Below are positions 53,185-64,000 of a DNA stretch of 64,000 nucleotides, one piece after another. The first letter of the stretch is position 1; every line of letters starts with the position of its first letter. Origin of the DNA: Okamejei kenojei (lineage: Eukaryota). The position numbers were made by a program, and so were the translations under genes. The notes under the pieces were generated by a model that saw nothing but the letters and a program-made list of their open reading frames with translations, was not told the origin of the DNA and made no database searches. Location: positions 63,054,001-63,118,000 of the forward strand of contig CM069132.1 of the NCBI GenBank assembly GCA_035221665.1. The letters run 5' to 3'.

Positions 53185-54331
53185 TGTTAAGGTTCATTTT
53201 CTTAAAACAGACCATATAACCATATAACAATTACAGCACGGAAACAGGCCCTCTCGGCCCTTCCAGTCCGTGCCGACCATTTGTTTTCCCCTTTTTTTAG
53301 CTTTTCTAATTTCTTTCTTAAGATTCGTTTTACACTCTTTATACTCATCTAGCACCTCATTTACTCCACATCTCCTATAATTATTGTAGATATCTCTTTT
53401 TTTCGAAACAAGTATCCAATTTCCCTTAAACTATGGCTCTTTCCAATTTTTACTATTTCCTTTCAACCGAACAGGGACATAAAGATTATGTACTCTTACA
53501 ATTTCCCCTTTAAATGTCCTCCATTTCTCTTCTACATCTTCCCATAAAACAAAATGTCCCAATTCACTCTTTTTAAATCCTTACGCATTCCCTCAAAGTT
53601 AGCCCTTCTCCAATCAAAAATCTCAACCCTAGGTCCAGTTCTGACTCTCTCCATAATGACTCTCAGACAACTTACAATAAGTTAGGTAAAACCAATACAA
53701 GCTTTAATGATCATTTAGCTAGAGAGTGCTAGGAGATACAAAGTCAAGCATACAGCAGATACTTAACTCCTCCCAGGTCACCACTCTAATGAATGAAGAC
53801 ATACAGCATATTTTTATAGTATTTCAGAAACATAGTCACATGTTCATACAGAGTTGCAGCAATGACATCTAACATATCAATCACAGCTCTACCCATTCAA
53901 AGCATGCTTGTCACTAATACAATACTTCTCATGCTATGGTTATATCGATCACAAACTTTAGTTACGAAACCCCCAAATGACAGGAAGTTAGTCAAAGGTC
54001 TATCATCTGCAGTACCTTCTTAAACAATGTAAGGATCCTTATCAGTTGCCCACAAAGTTTCTGCCAGTAGAGAATACCAATTTCTCAAGAAGCTTGTCCT
54101 CTCCCAAGGCTTGTGTTTAAAGAAGCCTGAACCTTCTCAAGAAATACATCCATTGTCAATATCTTTTGCTTGGGTACAACTTGAAGCAGTTTGAATGCTG
54201 TCCTCCAATTTCCTGATTACCCAGCCCTTCTACAGATCCCAAATTTCAAAGCTTCCATTTACTCAGAACCCAAATTAATCTTTACTTAATAAAATACATA
54301 AAAGATTCCATTATTAACTAGGATATTATCA
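53185..54331 (-). repeat. ERV 3' LTR (interrupted by a LINE fragment at 53213-53663)
   Basis: Matches 58896-59604 once the insert is removed. PPT AGGAGGGAA (minus) at 54332-54340 abuts it. Confidence 0.95.
53213..53663 (-). mobile_element. Internally deleted CR1-type LINE piece inserted in the LTR
   Basis: CAGAC is duplicated at 53208-53212 and 53664-53668. The 3' tail matches 46690-46750. The remainder encodes FDWRRANFEGMRKDLKRVNWD, from the region after the endonuclease. Confidence 0.85.
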
Positions 54332-54349
54332 TTCCCTCCTATTATCATA

Positions 54350-55540
54350 TGAATGATAACACTACAGTCCTTGGTTAGTACATAGTAATGGCTTCAGACA
54401 TTTCAATACTTAGATTAACACAACAGTCAATAGTACAATAAATCCATAGTGAATTATCATTTCCCATATTCCTCCAAACATACTAAATGGCCACCATTCT
54501 CCACCATTATTAACATTATGCATTTCTTCTCCAATCGCTGTAATCTTTATTTCTCTGGTGATATGTGCTGCTAAATCTGCAATCTTAGAAGATTCATCAA
54601 GAATGTAAGTGCAGCATTCACACCCTGTAATAGCACAAAAGTCCCTCCTATTGTCCTATAGGAATATACGACAAAGTGCAACCATTTCAACTGGGATGAA
54701 AGGGCCTTTTACTTGTAGGTAAAGATGTCCACCATGTGATTAAACAATTTCTCCAATCCAGGGGACATATTAATCAATTCCAGTGTTAGACAGGCTGTCC
54801 CATACAGTGGGAAAGCAATCATCCAGAATGGCTCTGACTCTGATATACGTCACTTAGCCCTCATCGGGGATATACAATTCAGTTGGATGTTACACAATTC
54901 TCACGTGAGGGACAACAAAGGCCAAATAACAACATCCACTTCAGTTGTAGGTTGACCTAATCAACCTTTCCTAGTTCTTCTCATCCCCCAGGTACATATC
55001 AGGTAACTGATGGGTATGCCCGGAATCCACATACAAAATACGTCCCATTTATTGGACTCAGCGGCCATTAGCACTACCCTTGGTGCAGGTGGTGTTCCTC
55101 AAAAATACTCCGTTGTTTCTTCTGTCACAATAACAGGTAGAATTAACTGGGCTCTGGGGCAATTCGCTAATTTAAGCCATGGTATTTCCCAAACCCTGGT
55201 CTCATTTACCTTCCCTCCTGTCTTAAAAGAGGCCACATACCATTCTTTAAATATGGGTCCTTGACTTTGCCATTCTTAATGCACCATTAGTTGTTTTTTT
55301 ATTGCGAAAACAGTGCAAGGCCAGAATCTCAGTAAGGTTAAGGAATATTGTTATGAGAGGTATTCCTTCCCACCATTATATGGGATGTGCGTACACATCC
55401 AGCATACACGTATTATTACGAAGGGCAAATTCAAAACTCATAAACAAAAACAGATTATTTCCCCAAGTCCAGTCCATATGGGCCAACCCCAGAATATAAA
55501 AGAGGATCAATAGCCCCATTATCCTTTCTTGGGTTCTCCG
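54350..55540 (-). pseudogene. env: ERV env remnant (gamma-type TM)
   Basis: NGTYFVCGFRAYP, SGCCYLAFVVPHVR, a decayed furin site RAK*R, hydrophobic FWMIAFPLYGTA, CX6CC motif CAITGCECC (54611-54637), and anchor IIHYGFIVLLTVVLI. Confidence 0.88.
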
Positions 55541-55559
55541 AACTGTTTAAAGTCAATCA

Positions 55560-56350
55560 GATGTATTCTCTTCACTGCAGTTGATGTTGGTAGCATCTGC
55601 TACAATCCCTTTCAAGACAGTCCCAATTTCTTCTGATATCAGTACGTAGTCTGATAGTATGGAGTCGTCCCTGTGTTCAACGGATAGTGGCTTCTGTGAC
55701 TCTTATACCTGGGAATGCAGACCTGGCAAGGCATGGGTTAATTACTGTGCATACGTAATTAATTCATCTGAGGACCTGTAGGTGAGTTCATAATTTCACA
55801 GCTCATCCTGTATCAATTCAAAAGGTTTTAACCCTGTCTAGCTGTGGTTCTGAATCATCAAAATAGCCGAATAGCTTAACCCATTCCTGCCCAGTCTCAG
55901 TCAAGACTTCACTAAAACTTTTTAGTGTCCTATTCATTCCCTCCACTAATCCAAAACTCTGCAATTAGTGGAATGTATGAAATCACTCCTTAACTACTGA
56001 CAAGGCAGAGTCCCTTTCATCACCTTTCCTGTGAAACATTTACCCATATCAATCTAAAGAGGGACCCCTTACCAAAATATTATCTCTTTGATTCCTTATC
56101 ACAATTCTAGCTGTTCTATCTTAGCATGGAAATACCGTTACCCAGTAGGTAAAGCAATCATCAGTGCTAAATAGTACCCTTTATTTTATGGCTATAGGAA
56201 GGGTCTTGTGAAATTTATCTATGTTGATCTGCAGGCTACACTCATTTTCCATTTGGCACTGCAATTGTCTCAAACTGCTCATAACTTCCCTGCTAAGTCA
56301 CACTATACTATGGAGAGAGTGTAAGTTAAAATCCCCCTCAGTGAGTTGGG
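55560..56350 (-). pseudogene. pol: ERV integrase remnant
   Basis: DCFTYWVTVFPC, EIIFW*GVPL*ID..CFTGKVM and QSFGLVEGMNRTLK align with the DDE integrase core. Many stops and frameshifts. Confidence 0.8.
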
Positions 56351-58099
56351 CTCTAAGATTTCCACTGCCCATGTTACATATTCGTGCACTTAAGCACACC
56401 AGTGCCACCAAGCTAAAACTGGATTTTGCCTCGTGGAACAGCAAGCAACTGTTCTCATTCTGTCTTCATAGTTTGTTACTACCACTGAAGTACCCTTCTT
56501 TCATTACCACAGCACACATGGTAGAGTTTAGTCAAATATGAGAATCCCAGTGCTGGGAAGGGAGTCAGGGATAGCTTAAATATTTGTTTCTAAAATTGTC
56601 CAAATATATTTCTCCTTCCCCAATCTACTCTATCTCTCAACATTTACTCCCCATAATGATTTCTCTCAAACTATGGTCTGATGTAATCAACTAGCACAAA
56701 ATACAGGCTTCCTTCCACACATTTAAGACGGGGAAACAGGAAACCTGGCTCCTCATTTGCATTCTAAGAGACAATAAAAACTTTATTTTCACCACATTAG
56801 AAAGAACCTTTTTAAGATATTCTGAATGTACTTTGTACATTTATGTACTCTTGTACTTTTCATTCTTTACAGGCACTTTGCCCCTGGCTTTCTTCAGCCA
56901 AATAATTCACTTTTTTTAAACCAGCACGTTAGCTTCATTATTCAACTACAAGGACACCCAGATCCCCTTGCAGAGTTACATTCCAAAATTTAAATACGCT
57001 TATTTTCTATTCTTCCTCCCTAAATGAAAATATATGTCCCTACATTATGCTCCAACTGCCAAATTCTGTCTCAGTCAACCTACACTCTGCAATTTTATGT
57101 CATCACCACTTACTAACCAATTTGACTTAAAAAAAAGTATTGCTCCTTTTTTTAAATCCAAATTAATTACATGGATGATCAATAACTGATATGCTAGCAC
57201 TCGCTCTTTTGGTACATGTGGCATTCTAGAAACGTGAAACCAGTCCCTTTAAGACTAAGGGATAGGCCATTTAGAACTGAGATATTGTCTTATCCAATCT
57301 CATCTAACACATGGAGTGTGGCATCCAAGTCTTCTTTTGAACTTAATTCAAAAGATAAGAAAATAGGAAAAAAACACTTAAAACACCAATAAGACAAAAC
57401 AACTAACCTATATTTTTCATCTCTTCTCTTGAACGTTAAGAGAAAATAAAGAATGAATTTAATTTTCATAGATTGCTAACACATTTGCAAAGAACAAAGG
57501 AATTAAAAATAACTCTGTGGCTCAACCTCCACACAACTGGATTAGAATCTTTAATTCTTTTTGGACCAGAATTTACAAGCTGCCATGTGGGCAGTACTAT
57601 TAGCTCAGGCATTCCCATTTTGTCATGGCCACTCATATGGGTATTGCACTTAATAATGGCTAGGCGGACTGGGAAGGCTGAGGCTAGTGTAGTTGTCAGC
57701 GTTGTCTTTAAGTTGTGAAAATCTTGTTGGAAAGAGAGTTAAAATGAATAAGAATTAACCAAGCCCACAAAAACCTTCATCTGCTAGGAATGGGCAGGCT
57801 GGTGTGATTCACAATGGGTTGGTCCAATTCCCTGTCAATCAGGATCCTGGACATTGATAGGAAGTCTGACTAATCACAATCTTTATCAATCAGGAGCTTG
57901 CCACACCCACAACCACTGGGTCGCTCACAAACTCCGTCTTTCTCTCCAGCAGAGACGAGCTCTTTGCCAAAAGTGATTCAAAGTTCTAAGGCAAGTTTGT
58001 TTTAAATGGTATAGGCTGTAGGCTGTTGACTTGTGAGTTAAAGTTTTTAAGCAGCCTCAATTGTCATGCTTTTTTCTCTTCCAATCGTCTTTAATTTAT

Positions 58100-58578
58100 C
58101 TGCTGTTTTCTCTCTCTGGTCATCTGCGTTGTTTAATTCTCTCACTGCTGAATTCAATTACTGCTTCTTCCTCTTCTGCCTCAGCACTTTCCCTTCTTTC
58201 TCATCTGCCTTTTCAGTCTCCAAGTCGCTATCCGTTTCTTCTGGGGGTGCGCTTCCCCCCCACCCCTACAGGGTCTTACACTATTCCCGACTTTGTTCCT
58301 CATTTCCCCATCGAATTTGTTCCTCTTCTATAAACAGGGTTGCTTATGTCAGACAAGGGGTCCCCGGGGTTATATGAATTCAGCGCCTTTTTCTTTTTCC
58401 CCTTTTCTCCTTTTTTTAATAGTTTATACATTCCATGTTCCTTCGACCGGCTAAGATTCATCTCCCAAACATTTGGTTAGCTTATAACAATATTCTATAG
58501 TCTTTGTTACTTTTAGGATTCAAATAACATATGTTGGACGGGCGTTCCCCCATCACTTTTATCCAGATTATTCACCAT
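58100..58578 (-). pseudogene. gag: ERV gag N-terminal remnant
   Basis: ATG at 58578 after the leader; GTPVQHM and (*)PVEGTWNV resemble the matrix WPxxGT motif. Confidence 0.5.
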
Positions 58579-58876
58579 AGATAGATAGAGATAAAGAGAA
58601 AGAGAGAAAGAGAAAGCAGACTTCTCAACTCTTTAAAAAAAAAAAACACGCCCCAAGTATCTCAACCAGGCAGACCCGCTAATCAAGACCCCAGTTTCTC
58701 AACTTGGCAGACTTCTTAACTCTTTAAAAAACAAACAACAAAAACAACACGTTTTCCCGGGAACATCTTTGGAGGTCGGTCTCAAAGGGTCCGAATAGTG
58801 CACTTTTTATCCTCCACATCAGATCCCGGACAAACTATGGCCTCTTACTCAGTCGTCTGTTGATGGTCCCAGTGAA

Positions 58877-58894
58877 ATTCCAGCGACTACGCCA
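58877..58894 (-). promoter_or_regulatory. Primer-binding site, tRNA-Ser-like
   Basis: TGGCGTAGTCGCTGGAAT, 1 nt from the LTR end. The first 11 nt are complementary to the vertebrate tRNA-Ser 3' end (...CCGACUACGCCA); 14/18 overall. Confidence 0.8.
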
Positions 58895-58895
58895 A

Positions 58896-59604
58896 TGTTA
58901 AGGTTCATTTTCTTAAAACAGACAACTTACAATAAGTTAGGTAAAACCAATACAAGCTTTAATGATCATTTAGCTAGAGAGTGCTAGGAGATACAAAGTC
59001 AAGCATACAGCAGATACTTAACTCCTCCCAGGCTACCACTCTAATGAATGAAGACATACATATTTTTATAGTATTTCAGAAACATAGTCACATGTTCATA
59101 CAGTGTTGCAGCAATGTCGTCTAACATATCAATCGCAGCTCTACCCATTCAAAGCATGCTTGTCACTAATACAATACTTCTCATGCTATGGTTATATCGA
59201 TCACAAACTTTAGTTACGAAACCCCCAAATAACAGGAAGTTAGTCAAAGGTCTATCATCTGCAGTACATTCTTAAACAATGTAAGGATCCTTATCAGTTG
59301 CCCACAGAAGTTTCTGTCAGTAGAGAATACCAATTTCTCAAGAAGCTCATCCTCTCCCAAGGTTTGTGTTTACAGAAGCCTGAACCTTCTCAAGAAATAC
59401 ATTCCCTCTCACCATTGTCAATATCTTCTGCTTGGGCACAACAGGAAGCAGCTTGGATGCAGTTTGAATGCTGGCCTCCTATTTCCTGATTACCCAGCCC
59501 TTCTGCAGAACCCAAATTTCAAAGCTTTCATTTACTCAGAACCCAAATTAATCTTTACTTAATAAAATACATAAAAGATTCCATTATTAACTATGATATT
59601 ATCA
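58896..59604 (-). repeat. ERV 5' LTR (709 bp)
   Basis: TGATAA...TTAACA termini on minus; TATAAAAA at 59070-59063; ATTAAA at 58963-58958. Confidence 0.95.
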
Positions 59605-60099
59605 GTCTGGCAGTAAATACCAGTGAATTTTCAGTCTTCTGGACCAAGGACCCCCTTTTATATTAAAACAAATAGTTCAATTTTGACTTTTCAAAATTGT
59701 AGTTTGCCCACTGAAAAATATCATTTGTAGTTTTGTGTGTTGCAGTCAAAATATTCAAATTGAGTTTCTGAACTGGCACATGTTGATCGGTCCAATATGG
59801 ATGCCGCTGGGGCGTTGTCGCATCCAGTAAGTATCAGCCGGTTTGGTTAATTTTAAAAACTGAGTGAGGCCTTCCCTCTATCCATCCTTTCAGCTAGTGT
59901 AGATGAATTTCATTAAAATGTCTGGTCAAGAAATTGCTTGTATGGCTCTCGGATAGTGGGAAATGGTAATTACTGAATAACGTAAAAATTGACGATGTTA
60001 ACGATTTTATTTACGTATATCAGATTTTTGACGCACAGCTTTGTGTTAATATTCCTCAGTCTTTAAAAATAATACATGTTGGAACAACATTATAAAGTG

Positions 60100-61981
60100 C
60101 TAGACCAGTTGGGTCCCTGTCAAGTGGGAGGCCTTGTCCCCCAACGCAACCTGTTCCACCAATGCAATATTCCACCACTCACCCATGTGCTCCATGGGAG
60201 GCCTGGTCCCCAACGCAATATTCCACCACTCACCCGTTCCCCCAACACAACCCGTTTGTACAGTTAAAAATGTGAATAACTTGTAAAAGATAACATCAAT
60301 GTGAACGAAACTTGATTTAAAAAAAAAAAAGACACAAGACCATTATGAGTAAGGTNNNNNNNNNNNNNNNNNNNNNNNNNNNNNNNNNNNNNNNNNNNNN
60401 NNNNNNNNNNNNNNNNNNNNNNNNNNNNNNNNNNNNNNNNNNNNNNNNNNNNNNNNNNNNNNNNNNNNNNNNNNNNNNNNNNNNNNNNNNNNNNNNNNNN
60501 NNNNNNNNNNNNNNNNNNNNNNNNNNNNNNNNNNNNNNNNNNNTCAATAATATACTATGTTGGACTTGTTAGGTTCCAATCACCATGTGGGGGGGGGGGG
60601 GGGGGGAGGAGGGATGGGATGGGAGGGGCTGGTTTGGGGAGGGGGGTGGGGCTTGTGGGCAGGGAGTGTTGAGGAGGGGTTTGTGGGTGGGTGTAGAGGT
60701 GTGGCATTGTGCGGGGGAGGGGGGGGCTGTGGGCAGGGGGAAGGTTGTAAGGGGGAGGGGTGTGAGGGCAGGGGGGAGAGCTCAGAGAAAAGATGAAAGA
60801 GCCATGGGGAGAGTGCGGTATCACGGGGGAGGGGGACAGGAGCCAGTGAGGGGACCATCGGGGAATGCGATGGAGACTCAGCGGTCGCTGGTTGTTCCCC
60901 GCTGGGATCAGAGTCTCCGCTTTCCATTTGGCAACATCAATGCCATCTCCGACTCCACGCAGGGCTGGGTCAGGCAGTTTCCGGCCCCTCCCTCGGAAAA
61001 TTGTGTCTGGTTGGAGACCTCCACCGGCCATCCAGAGTTTCCTGCAGCTGCAGTAAAGATGCGATGGCGCAGGAAATGGTGGACCATCCTGCGGAGTGAC
61101 AGTGGAAGGGACCAATCCGCTCTGCGCTGAATGGCAGGAGATGCAATCGATCTGTGCGTGTGCAATTTTAAAGATTTTTAAACCTTCATAACGCTTACCA
61201 GAACTTGGTGCAATCGCAGTACAGGAGAACAGTGAATAAGCTGGCAAAAAATCATAGCGTAATCCTGTACCATTTTTGCGCAAATAGAATGACAGCCAAA
61301 CCGGACGATAATAAGATCATAGTTTTATAGATAGTTTGTATAGATAGATGCTAGACCAAGTGGGATCCCGTTCGGTCCCTATCACATGGGAGGCCTGATT
61401 CCCCCAACGCAACGCATTACCTCAACCCAATATTCCACCACTCGGCCATAGCTCCCACGGGGGGCCTAGTCTCCCAATGCAATATACCACCATTCACCCG
61501 TTTTCTCCCAACGCAATATTCCACTCAGCCATAGCCTCCAACTGCAAGCGCGGCTCATTTCCCCTCATTCACCTTCCCTCATTTTAAACTTTAAAAAAAA
61601 AATGCAATTACACTTGCTAGGGCTGCCAGGACTCGGTGTACTGGGATTGCAACATTGTAGTGGGCAGGGCTACAATCCCATTGTGAAATCATAGCCGCTA
61701 ACTGCCAGGGAGATGGAATAAATCTTTCTCAAGAAGTGGGATTTTGAAAAGTTACAAATGTTAACTTGTAAAGTATACCATCAATCTGAACGAAACTTGA
61801 TAAGAACACCGCAAGACAATTGTGAGTAAGGTGGTCCAAAAATTGTAGCACATTCGTGTACCATTTTGGCGTAGTTCCGGTCATGAATAATCACAGACAC
61901 AGACAGATCAACAAACAAACAAGATGAGAGTTTTAGTAATATAATATTATAATAATTATTATTAAAATAATATAGATAGAT
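60100..61981 (-). mobile_element. Second tandem cluster of Helitron-like repeats (spans an assembly gap)
   Basis: CTAGACCA termini at ~60100 and ~61351 with an adjacent GGGATCC..GGTCCC hairpin. CCCAACGCAATATTCCACCACTC subrepeats are shared with 32800. Confidence 0.6.
60356..60543. other. Assembly gap (188 N)
   Basis: Run of N. Confidence 1.
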
Positions 61982-63009
61982 GCAACACACCAGTAATACC
62001 CTATTGACTATTTTACATAATCAATGTAACTTGTTAAAAATATGGCAGTCAAGCTAAATCCCATTCATAAATGAGATTGGGTCTACATTACATTACTCCA
62101 CTGTTTCCCATCTTCAAAAAAAAAAACATAAATGTAAAATATTTGGAATCAATTATTGCATTGATCAAGATATTTTGGGGCATGTTTACATAAACACCCA
62201 AAACTAAGTCATTTTAAACCAGCGAGTAATATCCCATCCCTGTAAAAGATGTGGAACTTCCCAGGAAAATTGTCACCGGAATATGTTTCATTAATTGTTT
62301 ATGATCCATCCAAGCAAGGTGAGGATTTATTGCAAGTCTTTATTACTCTAGAATCACGTGACCATTTCAATAGACATTTACCCACAGAGTCATCTAAACC
62401 AGAGAGCATGTTTCCCTTGACCAAATCTACTCAACAGGATGTTCGTGAATAGCTGGGTGTTTTAACGTTTAATAGGTCTTGTGGACATATTTACTGAATA
62501 GCTGGGTGTTATAACGTCTGGCAACGTCTTGTGGACATTTATTTATGACTTTAAAAAAAAATTCCAGTTTATATAATTGAATTTAAATTCTATGGTTGCC
62601 ATAGAAGAATATTTTGAACATTCAGGTTTTCGAATTTCTAGCGGTGGTATTTTGTTTATTCAGTTGCAAGTTCCTTTCTTAATATCATGGCCACTTTCTT
62701 TAAAGTTATATTCCCTACCACGGAGTTTTTATAAATGTAATTGTCCAGAGTCTGGAACTCGAGCATTGGAACTAAGAGACCTCCGTGTTACAGCTGTTTG
62801 ATTATGCAAGTTCGCCATTGCAAAGTTTGCAAATCACTAACCAGTTTTGACAAATACAAAGGCCGAAAGAAAATGTCCCAATGTATTTTTACTAATTTAA
62901 TATGGGAGTAACATTCAACTAGGGTGCCAATTATAGCGATTCCACTCCAGTCTGGGGACATAGCAATGAACGTGTTTAAAAATATATATAACCAAAAAAA
63001 ATGTATTCA

Positions 63010-63548
63010 ACTATTTACAACAAACACGCCACCACAATACAGGTAAAATGGATTTCTTTAAATAATTATTTCACAATCCTTATTAAGGACGCATTCCACC
63101 CTCTGCAGTGCCCAGTGGTCCCAGTAATCCCCCGGACCAAGATGCCTGTGGACATTGATTGCGGAATCTCTAGTTACACCTACGCGTGAACGTAATCCCG
63201 TAAAAGGGGCGGGCAGAACCCTCTTCCGCCCATTGCCGCGACTCGTGGATGACCAGCTTGGCCAGGCCTAGGCGCAACAGAACCAGGACATCTTCAGTCC
63301 TCTTTACGCACATGGTGTCCAAAGATGAGGATGGTGGGTGTGAAGTGCAGTCAGAAGGCAAGGAGCAGCCCCTTTAGTTATTTGAACAAGGGCTGCGACC
63401 TCGCACACTCCTTGTAGACATGGAACACAGACTCTTCCAGCCTGCAAAAGTGGCAGGCGTCTGGCTAGTCTGTGAACGAGGAGAGAAACGGGTTGCACAG
63501 GACTACTCGATGCAGTGCACTCCACCCAAAATCCGCGCAATGAACGCA
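63010..63548 (-). mobile_element. L1/Tx1-type LINE 3' fragment
   Basis: Minus-strand CHFCRLEESVFHVYKEC (zinc-knuckle-like) and EDVLVLLRLGLAKLVIHESR. Confidence 0.65.
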
Positions 63549-63552
63549 TTAA

Positions 63553-64000
63553 GGGCCTGTCCCCCTTAGCGATTCTATGGGCGACGAAGGGCGTCAGTGA
63601 CTGACACCCGATGTCGCCTAAGAACCGTCTAGTATGACACAGCCGCATCACCAATCTCCACGCGTCACCATAGAACAGGCACTCATCGTCATAGGACTGC
63701 ATACGACAGCATACTACAGCACCTGTGACGTCAGCCGTAAAGCTGCGTCAATGTACGTCCACCGGCGACACGATACGGCAAGACACGACAGGTTGCGTCA
63801 TCTGGGGCAACATCGCGACGTGTCGTTGTCGCATGACGACGAACAATAAATTAGCATGGGCAATGACCGTGCGTCATCACGGTCACCCGTATATCATAGT
63901 GCGAAAGGGCGTACGAAAAAATAAGACACGCAGATGTTGCGTGAGGATTTTCCCATTCCAAAATCCTGGGGTAGCAGGGAGACACTGCATGTCACTACAT
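63553..64000. mobile_element. PIF/Harbinger-like element, left part (runs off the window)
   Basis: TAA followed by GGGCCTGTCCCCCTTAGCG, related to the TIR at 7579; CpG-rich interior. Confidence 0.6.

Larger units (their letters stand above)
53185..59604 (-). mobile_element. Endogenous retrovirus, internally deleted provirus
   Basis: Two ~700-bp TG...CA LTRs, 4-bp TSD GTCT (53181-53184, 59605-59608), PBS, PPT and gag/IN/env remnants. Confidence 0.95.

Noticed and set aside
54350-55540. Domesticated syncytin-like env gene
   Set aside because: Stop at the furin site, frameshifts and a deleted immunosuppressive segment; no long ORF.
60555-61283. 242-aa Pro-rich ORF and G-quadruplex-like tract
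   Set aside because: G-rich low-complexity interior of a repeat next to an assembly gap; homopolymer lengths there are unreliable.

Overview
Vertebrate genomic DNA, most likely a cartilaginous fish such as a skate or ray (inferred from the repeat content, not proven). The window holds two complete genes arranged head-to-head on a shared CpG-rich promoter (~17.8-19.1 kb). CBX3 (HP1-gamma) is on the minus strand: 4 coding exons, 176 aa. HNRNPA2B1 is on the plus strand: 10 coding exons, 320 aa, A2-type N-terminus, followed by a 3'UTR with several extra splice sites. The rest is mostly repeats: an L1 5' end, CR1-type and Rex/Babar-type LINE fragments, Penelope-like elements (PLEs) with minimal hammerhead cores, hAT and PIF/Harbinger non-autonomous transposons, Helitron-like arrays, and a 6.4 kb endogenous retrovirus. 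The retrovirus (53185-59604, minus) has both LTRs, a 4-bp TSD, a tRNA-Ser PBS, a PPT and decayed gag/IN/env. The most notable observations are four TSD-bounded insertions of one young hammerhead-bearing PLE family (two of them ~200-bp fold-back mini-elements), the RT-less ERV with closely similar LTRs, a putative autoregulatory 3'UTR splicing/NMD cassette, and an in-frame 36-nt alternative donor inside RRM1. All calls were made by eye; repeat boundaries without TSDs are approximate.
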